From the NCBI GenBank assembly GCA_002869085.1, contig PKTQ01000384.1, positions 1 to 44,321 of the forward strand: 44,321 bases of DNA. The letters are read 5' to 3'. The notes beneath the pieces are model-generated. The model did not search any database, was not told the origin of the DNA, and saw nothing but the letters and a program-made list of their open reading frames with translations. The DNA comes from Hyphomicrobiales bacterium (GTDB lineage Bacteria; Pseudomonadota; Alphaproteobacteria; Rhizobiales; BM303). This document shows positions 9,347 through 18,745 of this stretch, piece after piece. The position numbers and the translations under genes were made by a program. Each line of letters opens with the position of its first letter. The first letter of the stretch is position 1.

Positions 9347-9637
9347 TCAGGGGGCTGGGTCAAGTTGCATGTCCATTTTATGGGCAAAATCATTCCGCAG
9401 TTTTCCCAAAGCCTTCAAAGATTCCTGAAGTTCTTCATGCAACCCCATTGCAACTGCGAGAGTAATTTTCTGGTGGTAACTCAAATTCATTGAACTCAAA
9501 TGTCTTGAGTACGGAATAAGCTGATCGAGCAATTCATCCAAAACGCTTTCAACAAAAATATGAGAGCGAATGACAACACCTAACTCATCCTCACCCATGA
9601 GTAATTTATAAAATTTGTCTGCCTCTGGATCGTTCAT
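9347..9637 (-). CDS. small MtlR-like HEPN domain protein (96 aa)
   Basis: YHQKITLAVAMGLHEELQESLKALGKLRNDFAH has the HEPN RNxxxH motif in the MtlR-like context. AGAGGTGG lies upstream of ATG 9637. It sits 42 nt downstream of the helicase gene. Confidence 0.7.
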   Translation of the reverse strand: MNDPEADKFYKLLMGEDELGVVIRSHIFVESVLDELLDQLIPYSRHLSSMNLSYHQKITLAVAMGLHEELQESLKALGKLRNDFAHKMDMQLDPAP

Positions 9638-9679
9638 TGCCACCTCTATTTCACACACACATGAATATATAATAGGGTA

Positions 9680-12217
9680 TCAAGCCTTTCGCTGTGCCAT
9701 TTCACGTAGGCTCGTCCCCGCTAGACGATAGAATAATTTGTCTATGTCCCATGAACTGTCGTCGCAAAGTTCACGTGTTCTTGGGGAACGTTCCAAAGGA
9801 ATGTGGCGACGAAGATCACTAACTAAGGCAAACAATTGATTTTGAAGCTCAACAAGACTGCTAGGCAAACAAATCTTCATAGCGTTTGACGGGTTACCGC
9901 GCGCTTCGATCGATCCATCCGGACCTACATAGAGAAGACCAAGGCAAGTGCTGTCCGGATAGTTATCGGTGATCCAGCTCAGGTGATCGTGCCCTTGTGA
10001 TATATCCTTCTTCCAGTAGGTAGCTGGGTTATCCTTATCGGTTTTGAGTTCGAACGCTATACATTGCGATGATGGCTCATCCACCCACAGGACATCTGGT
10101 CCGGTTCCAACGTCATTGTCCGGGCGAGTAGCCACGAATCCGAGAATTTCTCCTAGGACCCTTGTCGCTTCTTCCATTCGTCGTGTTGAAGCTCCACTCA
10201 AATCCATGAGCTGTGTGCGCCAGCGCCCAAACTCGCGATCAAAGTGTTCATTTAACGTCAATCCAACCAACCAATCGACATTGCGCGCGAACTGTGAGGC
10301 GTCGTCTCCAAGAGTAGCTGTATTTCGAGGACCAGGTCTCCGTGGAAGAGCAATATTGTTACCCAGCCGGTTCATGGCCCGACGATAGGCCAAGTGAGCA
10401 CTGTCTATATCTTCCTCAGCTTCCAAGGCAGCGCCAACCCAAACAGATTGCCAGCCAGAGAGTACTGGATCTACATGTCCGGTAGCCTCCGCAGCAGAAT
10501 CCAGAATGTTTCTTGCTTCCGTAACATCTCCGTTCCACATTGCGGCTGCATAAGAAGCCTCGGCAAGTGCGGCAGCGACCATTTGCTCTTCAGCCTCTTC
10601 CGCACGCTGAACTTGATCCTGGTCGAGATCGCCCCGTTGGATATTGTCGCCGTAAAAGTCAAGCCAGGAAGGCTCACGCGATAAAACTGCATTAATCGTT
10701 TGCAGAACAGCATCACCCTCCTTAATTTTCATACCTTCCTGAACAGTACGTCCCAATAGAATTTGCCGCTGTAACAACTGCGGAAGAAGGGCGACATTTC
10801 GGTCATTGTTAAACCACGAATTGAGTTCGGTTCCAACTATAAGAAAGGCGCCGTAGTCGTTTCTCCCTCGATTGATTCGACCGAACAACTGGACAAGTCG
10901 ATTGGCGATGCGCGTGGAATGCAGATTTAGCATTCGGAGGAACTCCCACTGATAGCGCTCTATCAGGGAAGCGCCTGATGGTAGTCCATCCATCACCATA
11001 ACGCGGCAAGTGTCGTGCGGCAGGTCGATACCGTCGACCCGGGAAACAAGAACAAATGCGCCATCAGCGGATCGTCGAAAAGCTTCAAGCTCTACAGAGA
11101 AATTCTGTGCGGCAGGGGGCGCCGCCAAATCTTCCCAGTTTCTTGCGGCTGTATAGCTCGGTACTGCAATAAGCACCTTCTGTTTGCCGCAAATCCGTGA
11201 GACAAGGTCGGATGAAACTCCTCCAACAATATTGCGGCCAAACAGGATCAAGCGCTCACCGTTTCCGGCGTCGTTATCCGGTTCAATTACGATATCGGGT
11301 AACCTGCCGAAAGCTCGCACAATATCTGTCTTCGACTTCAGTGTCGCAGATAGATAGACGCGACGGATCGGCCGTTCGAAGACATCGAGTGCGAGAGAAG
11401 GAAGAAACGGTGGCGCTAGCTCGAACATGCCACGACTAAAGAGTAACGCACAACAATCAAGTTTGTCCCGTAAGTGTGCGAAAGGAAATTTAAGATTATC
11501 ATCATCATGGACTCCATGACTGTGCAATAGCGTCAGAAGTCGATCACGACGTTCTGCAAGCCCCCCCGGAGCAGCCATCACGATCGAGGGGTGTTCGCCC
11601 GTCAGACTATCCTCGAAGCGTCCCTCAATACGAAGGTCTCGAAAATGGGGACGAAAAAGTTCAGCGACTTCGTTGAGCAAATCCGGATGTTCCCGCCCGG
11701 AAACAGTCAGAGTGAGAGAGCCACGGAGGATTGCTTCTGCGACGTGCGCATCATCAAAAATGACGGCACCGGGAAAGAACCTGCGCCTGATAGCGCTCAG
11801 CCCGTTGAAGAGGGCGTGATACGTGGTGATACAGAAGCCGCGCCCACTTTCGAAAAGATCGTTGCTGAAATTGGACCGTACTCTAACAGTATGGTCCAAA
11901 CCTATCCGCAAAGCTTCCTGAGACGTCTGATTAACGAGGTCAATAGTTGCACAGACGTAAATGACGTTTTCAATACCTTCATTCACAAGGCTTTGTGCCG
12001 TCAGTAGACCAACGAGGGTCTTGCCAGCACCTGTATTCAACGAGACCAGAACGTCGTTCCTGTCGCGCGCGTCATTCCATTGAACAAGTGCCTCCGCTTG
12101 GCCGCGCCATAGATCGTTTGGCGTACCTGGTAAATTGGGCAGGCGCTCAAATATCTTAATGGGGTCAGTAGGCTGTGCTGCCGTCAACGGCGTACCCAGT
12201 TTCGAAAAATCCATCAC
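9680..12217 (-). CDS. SF2 (DinG/XPD-like) helicase fused to C-terminal PD-(D/E)xK nuclease-like domain (845 aa)
   Basis: LNTGAGKT (motif I), VIFDDAHV (motif II), YLSATL (III), SRVDGIDLPHDTCRVMVMDGLP (DinG/Rad3-type C-terminal signature), QLFGRINRG (VI). C-terminal GPDVLWVD ... IAFELKTDK. Confidence 0.85.
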   Translation of the reverse strand: MMDFSKLGTPLTAAQPTDPIKIFERLPNLPGTPNDLWRGQAEALVQWNDARDRNDVLVSLNTGAGKTLVGLLTAQSLVNEGIENVIYVCATIDLVNQTSQEALRIGLDHTVRVRSNFSNDLFESGRGFCITTYHALFNGLSAIRRRFFPGAVIFDDAHVAEAILRGSLTLTVSGREHPDLLNEVAELFRPHFRDLRIEGRFEDSLTGEHPSIVMAAPGGLAERRDRLLTLLHSHGVHDDDNLKFPFAHLRDKLDCCALLFSRGMFELAPPFLPSLALDVFERPIRRVYLSATLKSKTDIVRAFGRLPDIVIEPDNDAGNGERLILFGRNIVGGVSSDLVSRICGKQKVLIAVPSYTAARNWEDLAAPPAAQNFSVELEAFRRSADGAFVLVSRVDGIDLPHDTCRVMVMDGLPSGASLIERYQWEFLRMLNLHSTRIANRLVQLFGRINRGRNDYGAFLIVGTELNSWFNNDRNVALLPQLLQRQILLGRTVQEGMKIKEGDAVLQTINAVLSREPSWLDFYGDNIQRGDLDQDQVQRAEEAEEQMVAAALAEASYAAAMWNGDVTEARNILDSAAEATGHVDPVLSGWQSVWVGAALEAEEDIDSAHLAYRRAMNRLGNNIALPRRPGPRNTATLGDDASQFARNVDWLVGLTLNEHFDREFGRWRTQLMDLSGASTRRMEEATRVLGEILGFVATRPDNDVGTGPDVLWVDEPSSQCIAFELKTDKDNPATYWKKDISQGHDHLSWITDNYPDSTCLGLLYVGPDGSIEARGNPSNAMKICLPSSLVELQNQLFALVSDLRRHIPLERSPRTRELCDDSSWDIDKLFYRLAGTSLREMAQRKA

Positions 12218-12262
12218 TTAACCAATCCCATAAGTTGCTCCTTATCCACGGGGCGAGAGCCC

Positions 12263-14272
12263 TCAATCTTCTGCTGTCACTCCTTCTTGATCGCTCTCCG
12301 GCTCAGGTTCCCGGCGATCGTCGCCATCAGAGACTACGCCTGAAAGAAACTTATGATACTTGTCTTGCAAATGCTTCAGAGCTGTATCGTCGTCCACTTG
12401 GTGTTCCAGCTTCTCTTGGAAGAACTGAAGACGCGCCTTGTTTTCCTCTATGATCTGGGCCCAAGTCTTGATCCCGACGGAGATATTGTCCTTAGAAGAA
12501 ATGACACCACGGTCATCCATGCGGTACGCAGCATACTGATCTATATCGTCTGATATTGCCCAAAACGTCCATTTGACACCGCTCACCGTGTGGAACCGCT
12601 CATCATTTGCAACGCTGATCGCATATTTCTCAACTTGTGTGATTTCTTCATGGCCAATTTTTATCTTGGGCCGTTTCAGCTCAACGATCAGATGTTCGAG
12701 TTCATCAGCTCTGTGCCGACGAAGTGCTCTAGACAGCATGAGGTCAACAATCCCACGCTGCTGGCTGATATGTCTGACCGGCTTGTCGATAACAATGTCA
12801 TCTCCAAGAATCTTCCGGTGTTTCTGCAATACTGCGGTGAGCCCCTTATCGCTGACAGACAGGTTGTATTCCTCACCGAACAGCCAAGTGTTGTCCTCGA
12901 TGATCTTGTGAAGTTGCGAACGCTCTTTGAGCCGCGCTTTCATATCTGGGTCAAATAGGACCTGTTCCAATCCGGTGAGAAACTTTAGTCGGTCCGCGAC
13001 GATCTTGGCGGCACTGATGATTGACGAGAGGGATGCTTCCCGCAGCAATCCGGCGAGCTCTTCCTGTTTCCGCTTTGGCAGCCCCAGAACCTCGCTCATG
13101 ATTATTTGGAGGTCTTCCGGACTCTTTTCGATTGCTGTACGGAGCATCCGAAGGTCGAACTCTTTCTTCTTCGGCGGGGCACTCTCGAAGTCCGGCATGT
13201 AATCGCTTGCCGTTACGGCCAGGATATCGAATACCTTGCGCTCAGCATTCTCCAGTGACGACTTGGCCTCGCCTACATACGGGTAGACATTCTGCGCCTT
13301 CCATGTCTCGACAACCGTTCGAGCACGCTTAGCAGCGCGCTCCCGGAAATAAGCCTTGATAGTTTGTTGCGCTTCTTCGATGCAACCGTTGAGAAAAGGA
13401 TTCATTTCGGCGAGGTCGAGCTGTGCCTCACCATGCAGTTTTGTGATAAATGGTGATTTCAGATAGGCCGAAAAGTGAAACTCGCCGATGTGAAACCGCG
13501 TCGTTACTTTTGAAAGCGGAAAGCCCTGTTCTGTACACAGGTAGAGACCACGAGTCGTCACGTTCTGCCATTCAATGATCTCAAGCTCCACTGGATGCAC
13601 TGCGCTCTCTTCATCTATGTCGTTCAGGTGCGCAATGTGGGTATTGGCTATTGCTATAGCGGGATCTACCTGCCTGCCCTCATACAGTATCGAAATATCC
13701 CGATAGTCTTTCAGGTAAAGTGCAAAAATCTCGGATAATTCCTGCACGGCATTTTCGGGATCAAGGGACCGGTATTCGTGGTGCAGTTCCGATATCTCAA
13801 TCTCTACTCCGGTGCTTCCAGCTTCGACTGCTTCCTCGTCCGAGATACGAACTTCGCGAATATTGTCTTCCAGCATGGTGATATCGTAGGCGCGCAACTC
13901 ACCTGTGTTCGTACGATATGCGACACGCCAATCGGCGACTCGGCCAAGGGCAAACACTTTGAACCGGCCACGGCCTTCATAACCGTGCAGCATACGCTTC
14001 TTCGTTTTAGTTTGACCACCAGGTTTTTTCCACGAGCCACCGAGGCGCGTGAACAAATGCGGAGCATCGTCGTAGGGAATGCCGTCTCCGTTATCACGGA
14101 CAATGATTTTGCTCAATCCCAGTTCGCCGTAATTGAGCTGCACATCAACACGAGCTGCGTCAGCATCCAGTCCATTCCATATTAGTTCGGCGATAGCTTG
14201 GACCGGCTTCGCCTTCGACTGCCGCGCTAGGAAGTCTGGCTGGACCTCAACCGTATATCTGTGCTCAGTCAT
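12263..14272 (-). CDS. GHKL (MORC/paraMORC-like) ATPase fused to C-terminal Shedu/DUF4263-like PD-(D/E)xK nuclease domain (669 aa)
   Basis: Bergerat motifs ELIWNGLDADA (N box), VRDNGDGI (G1), HGYEGRGRF (G2). C-terminal LHKIIEDNTWLFGEEY ... GIVDLML ... LIVELKRPKIKIG ... QVEKY. Confidence 0.85.
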   Translation of the reverse strand: MTEHRYTVEVQPDFLARQSKAKPVQAIAELIWNGLDADAARVDVQLNYGELGLSKIIVRDNGDGIPYDDAPHLFTRLGGSWKKPGGQTKTKKRMLHGYEGRGRFKVFALGRVADWRVAYRTNTGELRAYDITMLEDNIREVRISDEEAVEAGSTGVEIEISELHHEYRSLDPENAVQELSEIFALYLKDYRDISILYEGRQVDPAIAIANTHIAHLNDIDEESAVHPVELEIIEWQNVTTRGLYLCTEQGFPLSKVTTRFHIGEFHFSAYLKSPFITKLHGEAQLDLAEMNPFLNGCIEEAQQTIKAYFRERAAKRARTVVETWKAQNVYPYVGEAKSSLENAERKVFDILAVTASDYMPDFESAPPKKKEFDLRMLRTAIEKSPEDLQIIMSEVLGLPKRKQEELAGLLREASLSSIISAAKIVADRLKFLTGLEQVLFDPDMKARLKERSQLHKIIEDNTWLFGEEYNLSVSDKGLTAVLQKHRKILGDDIVIDKPVRHISQQRGIVDLMLSRALRRHRADELEHLIVELKRPKIKIGHEEITQVEKYAISVANDERFHTVSGVKWTFWAISDDIDQYAAYRMDDRGVISSKDNISVGIKTWAQIIEENKARLQFFQEKLEHQVDDDTALKHLQDKYHKFLSGVVSDGDDRREPEPESDQEGVTAED

Positions 14273-14573
14273 AAGCGCAGTCCTTCTGTATCCCCGATCT
14301 GCCGCAGCGTGCGGATAATGTAATGGCGGACGGCCTGTTCACGGCTTTTGGCTTCGCTAAGAATGAGCAAACGTTCTCAAGACTTCTATCTAGTGTCATC
14401 GCAACCTGAATCCTGTCGTCGATTTCCATGAAAGGCAAGGTAAATCAGCCACATGAGTGATCGCTTTGTCGGCACACCTAGCAGCGATATAAATGTCCGT
14501 GAACACCTCATCAACAGACATCATACAGAGTCGACAACTTAGTGTAACTCACAATTGAAATTCACTAGAGTTA

Positions 14574-14924
14574 CTACAACCAAAATCTCTCACCCATGCC
14601 ATCTTCAAAAGGCATGTTGAAGATGTCATTGTCGTGTTCAGCAATGGTCTGAAAATTCCCGAAAATAAACTGGCGCGGCTCCGCTGACAGCGGCCGGCGT
14701 GACAAATTCTTCCGGTATGCTTCCTCCTGAATGGCTTTCATGTGCCCTGGCGTAGTGGTCACAGTGAGTACATGGAAAAATTTCGGGATGCCAAATTCTT
14801 TGAGGGCTGTCTTGGTCATTAAGGCCCGGGCGTAGACTATGTATTTCCGGAGCAGTGAAGTATCGCGCCAGAACGTCCGTTTCTTTTGCTTCTCCACTGA
14901 TGGCGCGACAGTCTCGGTTTCCAT
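14574..14924 (-). CDS. conserved mobile-element protein, possibly the C-terminal part of a replication-relaxation-like protein; paralog of 21953..22282
   Basis: LLRKYIVYARAL...FGIPKFFHVLTVTTTPGH...IFNMPFEDG aligns by eye with SILRKYVVYQRAF...FGIPAFQVLTVTTKPGR...ILSMPFLSA. Upstream sequence is in other frames, so it may be truncated. Confidence 0.4.
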   Translation of the reverse strand: METETVAPSVEKQKKRTFWRDTSLLRKYIVYARALMTKTALKEFGIPKFFHVLTVTTTPGHMKAIQEEAYRKNLSRRPLSAEPRQFIFGNFQTIAEHDNDIFNMPFEDGMGERFWL

Positions 14925-15150
14925 ATTTTGTTGGTGTGTGATCAGCCACAACCAGCAGAGAGGCGCTACCCTTCAAGCATGACGCGATATAGTGCACATA
15001 GCCATGAAAAATCCCCCTGTTATGGGAAACATCTCATGGATTGTTCGACTGCAGACCTGTACACTCAAAAACCAAGCTGCATTTCATGTTACACTACCGA
15101 GGTGATTTAGGATAACCTCACTTTCTACTATTTATTTTTGGTGAAACAAA

Positions 15151-16437
15151 ATGGTTTTCAAAGATGAGTTTTGGGCAGGCTTCCTTTTTGCTTTATTAAT
15201 CGTACTTGTTATAGCCATTTCTCTATGGTTTGACATAATTGAAACTATACGAGGGCACGCGTTCTTGTTCGTGGGCATTGTTTGCGGTTTTGTATTATTT
15301 GGGATAGCTCTTATCGCACTTCGAGACAAGATATTCTATTTAATATTTGGAAGATCAATAACAAACATATCAGATGTTATTCATGATTTTAAGAATGTTG
15401 CCGATGCGTTAAGAAGTGGAAATGGAAATATAGCAACTGAGAGGGCAGAGCTTGCCCTCATTGATACTTTTTTATTTTATTCGAGGGGAAAAGTACTAAA
15501 GTGGGGGCTTGGCAGTTTAATTGGTATTATTATTGGAGTTGCTGGCATTTCAGGGTCGTTTTTGCTGTTTGAACAAAACAAAAAACTCTCGGAACAAACA
15601 ATTCTTCTAGCACTACAAAACGAAAAGTCTGACATTCAAAACGCTATAGCCTCTCTTGGAATGGTGGACGTTATCCGTTCCCGGCTATCGAAACCGAAGC
15701 CAAAATCGATTTTTGACCACAAAGATAGTGGTTTGCAATTCCATGTTGATGGCGACTGCTCCATTGTCTCGTCTAAAGGAATAAAGTTGTGGGAGACTTC
15801 AAACCCATCTCAGATAGATGCTGTCGTTGCGCTGGCAAAATCAAAAGAAATTGGCGATCAGGTAGTCGCCGCTCTTATCCATCTAACTCAAGATGAGAAC
15901 CAGAGCGTTGTATTGGGCGCGCTAATTTCCCTTGAAAGGGCGGGCAAAATTAATCTCATTGAAGAGATTAGTGTTTCAAAAGTTGCTGCCTTTTTGGAGA
16001 TTCCTTCGTATGCGGGTTTGATTCGTATTTTTGATAGTATTGTGAATGGATTTTTATGTGATAAATGCAGAATAATGCTATATCGATCTCAAATAACAAT
16101 GCTTAGTAAGGAAGTTACACTTTCAGAAGTAAGCGGTTCAATAGTTAATAATAGTACGCACATATTTAATAGAGACAAAGATATTTTCAAAGAAGTAACC
16201 GTGAGAACAGGACACTCCTTTCCGAATATCTTCATAGGGCCGGGTTTCCGTTTTGAGGGTGACAAATATCCATTCGATCTAACGTCTTCAGTAATGGATC
16301 AATCTCATTTCGTACATCTGATGGTAAATCCAGATCCAAAGAAGAACTGTTCAGCTGCGAAAAAGTTCACCATGAACAATCGATATTTTGACTACTTAGA
16401 ACAAGATAGAGAAAAGATTGTTGATCCGAGTAAATAA
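15151..16437 (+). CDS. hypothetical multi-TM membrane protein (428 aa), AT-rich cassette
   Basis: Long ORF. N-terminal hydrophobic helices (FLFALLIVLVIAISLWF, FLFVGIVCGFVLFGIALIAL, LIGIIIGVAGISGSFLLF). Visibly lower GC than its flanks. Confidence 0.6.
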   Translation: MVFKDEFWAGFLFALLIVLVIAISLWFDIIETIRGHAFLFVGIVCGFVLFGIALIALRDKIFYLIFGRSITNISDVIHDFKNVADALRSGNGNIATERAELALIDTFLFYSRGKVLKWGLGSLIGIIIGVAGISGSFLLFEQNKKLSEQTILLALQNEKSDIQNAIASLGMVDVIRSRLSKPKPKSIFDHKDSGLQFHVDGDCSIVSSKGIKLWETSNPSQIDAVVALAKSKEIGDQVVAALIHLTQDENQSVVLGALISLERAGKINLIEEISVSKVAAFLEIPSYAGLIRIFDSIVNGFLCDKCRIMLYRSQITMLSKEVTLSEVSGSIVNNSTHIFNRDKDIFKEVTVRTGHSFPNIFIGPGFRFEGDKYPFDLTSSVMDQSHFVHLMVNPDPKKNCSAAKKFTMNNRYFDYLEQDREKIVDPSK

Positions 16438-16463
16438 GTTATCACACTTGTATTATAGTTTCT

Positions 16464-17912
16464 TTGAATGAATTATTTTTGCGGATTGGATACATACATT
16501 CGCTAGATCAACTTACCTCGATTTGTTTCAATATCCACCAACATGTCAGATACCGTCCTAAACGGCACCCTAAGATAAAATTACCTCCTGAGAGCCCCTC
16601 ACAAGCTCGCACAGCGGCCTTTCCTAACTTTCGGAGTTGTGGGTGCCAGTGTCAGCGCCAGGTTTGGGGCGGGGAACAACCCTTGCGGCTTTGGCGTGGT
16701 GCTCGACGCCGGCACCTCTATATCATCGGCCAGACCATGACGGGTAAATCAACCCTGATGCGGTCACTTATGGCTCAAGACATTTTGGCTGGACATGGCT
16801 GTGCTCTCATTGACCCTCATGGGGATCTGGCGCTTGAGGTGATGGAAGCTGTGCCGTCCAACCACATTCGGGACGTGATTGTGCTTGATCCGTCTGACCT
16901 CAAATATCCGGTGGGGTTTAATCCGCTTTACCGGGTGCCAAAAGATGAACGTGATGCGGTAGCGGAAAATCTGACAGCTACCTTTGCTCATTTGTGGCGT
17001 GATAGTTGGGGGCCGCGCCTAGAATACATCCTCCTCAATACCATTTCGGCTCTCTTGGATGCACCCGACAATTTGCGGCCGACCATGGTCTCAATTCCAC
17101 TCATGTTAGTGAATGAAGAATACCGGGAGAGGGTTTTGCGCCACGTGCAAAATCCTCAAGTGCGGGAATATTTCTACACCGAGTTCTCACGGTGGAAGGG
17201 CCGGCACCTGGATGACCGGCTAGGGCCGATTCAAAACAAGATCTGTAAGTTTCTCACCAACACAGCGGTGCGAAATATCTTTGGGCAGTGGAAGCCCAGT
17301 ATCGATCTTGATGAAATCGTGGCAAGAAAGCAGATTCTGATTGTGAGATTATCTAAAGGTCTTGTGGGAGAGCTGACCGCCAACATGGTTGGCTCTTTTG
17401 TCGCTACTGGCTTTCAACATGCCGCTATGCGCCAGGCCAAGCTACCAGAAGGGGAGAGGCCTGATTTTGATCTTCATATTGATGAGTTCCACAATTTCAC
17501 CACTGACGCTTTTGCGGACATTCTCTCTGAAGCTCGCAAGTATGGCCTCACCCTTACCATCGGTCATCAGTACATTGATCAAATGGCTGAGGAGGTGGCC
17601 GACGCAGTCTTTGGTAATGTCGGTAGCATCGTGTCCTTCCGGGTATCAGCTCGTGATGCTGAGCGTTTGGCCAAGGAGGTTGGCACTTATCACCCTCGGA
17701 TTTTTGGAGATCTTGGGGTGGGGGAAGTGGTGGCCAAACTCCTTAAGCAGAACAACACCTCATATTCGATGCGCGGCCGCACTGAACCAGATGCCGTTAA
17801 AATCTATGGTCGCAGCGACTCCATACGTCGCCTGTCGCGAGATCGCTATGGCCGTAAACGGTCAGTGGTTAAAAAGAATATTAGTAGGTGGATTGGACGG
17901 CAGAAGATGTAG
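16464..17912 (+). CDS. TraD/VirD4-like (type IV coupling protein-like) P-loop ATPase; N-terminus uncertain
   Basis: YIIGQTMTGKST (Walker A), FDLHIDEFHNF (Walker B), ARKYGLTLTIGHQYIDQM (TraD/TraG C-terminal HQ motif). The first ~85 codons (TTG start, Cys/Arg-rich) look non-native. The true start, or a frameshift, probably lies near 16690-16730. Confidence 0.75.
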   Translation: MNELFLRIGYIHSLDQLTSICFNIHQHVRYRPKRHPKIKLPPESPSQARTAAFPNFRSCGCQCQRQVWGGEQPLRLWRGARRRHLYIIGQTMTGKSTLMRSLMAQDILAGHGCALIDPHGDLALEVMEAVPSNHIRDVIVLDPSDLKYPVGFNPLYRVPKDERDAVAENLTATFAHLWRDSWGPRLEYILLNTISALLDAPDNLRPTMVSIPLMLVNEEYRERVLRHVQNPQVREYFYTEFSRWKGRHLDDRLGPIQNKICKFLTNTAVRNIFGQWKPSIDLDEIVARKQILIVRLSKGLVGELTANMVGSFVATGFQHAAMRQAKLPEGERPDFDLHIDEFHNFTTDAFADILSEARKYGLTLTIGHQYIDQMAEEVADAVFGNVGSIVSFRVSARDAERLAKEVGTYHPRIFGDLGVGEVVAKLLKQNNTSYSMRGRTEPDAVKIYGRSDSIRRLSRDRYGRKRSVVKKNISRWIGRQKM

Positions 17913-17914
17913 AG

Positions 17915-17952
17915 AACCCCCCGGGTCTGCTGGCCCAGGGGGTTGTGTTTTG
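17915..17952 (+). terminator. putative Rho-independent terminator
   Basis: AACCCCC ... GGGGGTT stem followed by GTGTTTTGTG, 3 nt after the stop at 17912. Confidence 0.55.
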
Positions 17953-18199
17953 TGAGCAGGTCTGAAAAACCGGATCGAGTTGGTTCCTCACATAATGAAA
18001 GAACGGGAGCCATTCTTTTCTCGGGATTATCTCCGACATCCCGTACCAATGCATCAAAATCGCGTAAAAGAGCCCGGATATTACATAAGACATTCCGCAC
18101 ACTTTGAAAATAGAGTAAAATATGCCACTATAGACAAATCAATCAGACCCATCTGGGGGATATTGGACTAGTGGGTATTATATTTGGAAGGTGATAATT

Positions 18200-18745
18200 A
18201 TGAATGACATCAAAAATCAATTAACTCAAAAAGCAAAATCTGCCAAAGAGCAAATAAATGCAAAGTTTGAATCTATTTTTGCTAACGTAGATCCTGTAAA
18301 AGGGCGACCAAATATTGAGAGTGATGAAATTCTCGTGAATAGAACATTTCTTAATAATCGATTTATGTATATTGTTGGGGCAATAATTACATTTGTCCCC
18401 CCTTTTATCTGGGGTCCAATAGTCCTATTCACCGCATATTACTTAGGCTCAAATTCCGGTGTAATGTTAACGAATCGACGCCTTGTTATATTTGATAAAC
18501 TTTTAAAGCCACAAATGTATAAGGCTGTTGAAATTCCATTACACCATATAAATTATGTTAAAGTTCGATCCCTCTTAGACAATCGCGACAGTCTCATCGA
18601 TCGGTTGCTCGGATCTGGGGCGATTTATGTTAACTGGGAGTCTCCTACATCTGGTACGCGAAATCAAATTATAGAAGATCTTAGCAAAGCAAAGAAATTA
18701 GCCAAAGATATTCAAAAGACTGTCGATGAGGCAAAATCTCAATGA
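18200..18745 (+). CDS. bacterial PH-domain (bPH_2/DUF304-like) membrane protein (181 aa)
   Basis: Hydrophobic hairpin YIVGAIITFVPPFIWGPIVLFTAYYL followed by VMLTNRRLVIFDK ... HINYVKVRS ... LLGSGAIYVN, the bPH_2 pattern. GGAAGG lies upstream of ATG 18200. Confidence 0.65.
   Translation: MNDIKNQLTQKAKSAKEQINAKFESIFANVDPVKGRPNIESDEILVNRTFLNNRFMYIVGAIITFVPPFIWGPIVLFTAYYLGSNSGVMLTNRRLVIFDKLLKPQMYKAVEIPLHHINYVKVRSLLDNRDSLIDRLLGSGAIYVNWESPTSGTRNQIIEDLSKAKKLAKDIQKTVDEAKSQ

Noticed and set aside
10044-12007. Plus-strand ORFs antisense to the helicase gene (10044..10388, 10394..10684, 11015..11439, 11591..12007)
   Set aside because: These are shadow ORFs with Arg/Ser/Pro-rich composition, opposite a gene with clear helicase motifs.
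12353-14318. Plus-strand ORFs antisense to, or overlapping, the GHKL gene
   Set aside because: These are shadow ORFs. The minus-strand frame carries all the Bergerat-fold and nuclease motifs.
17389-17955. 188-aa alternative-frame ORF inside the TraD-like gene
   Set aside because: The main frame contains the Walker B and HQ motifs. The alternative frame is low-complexity.
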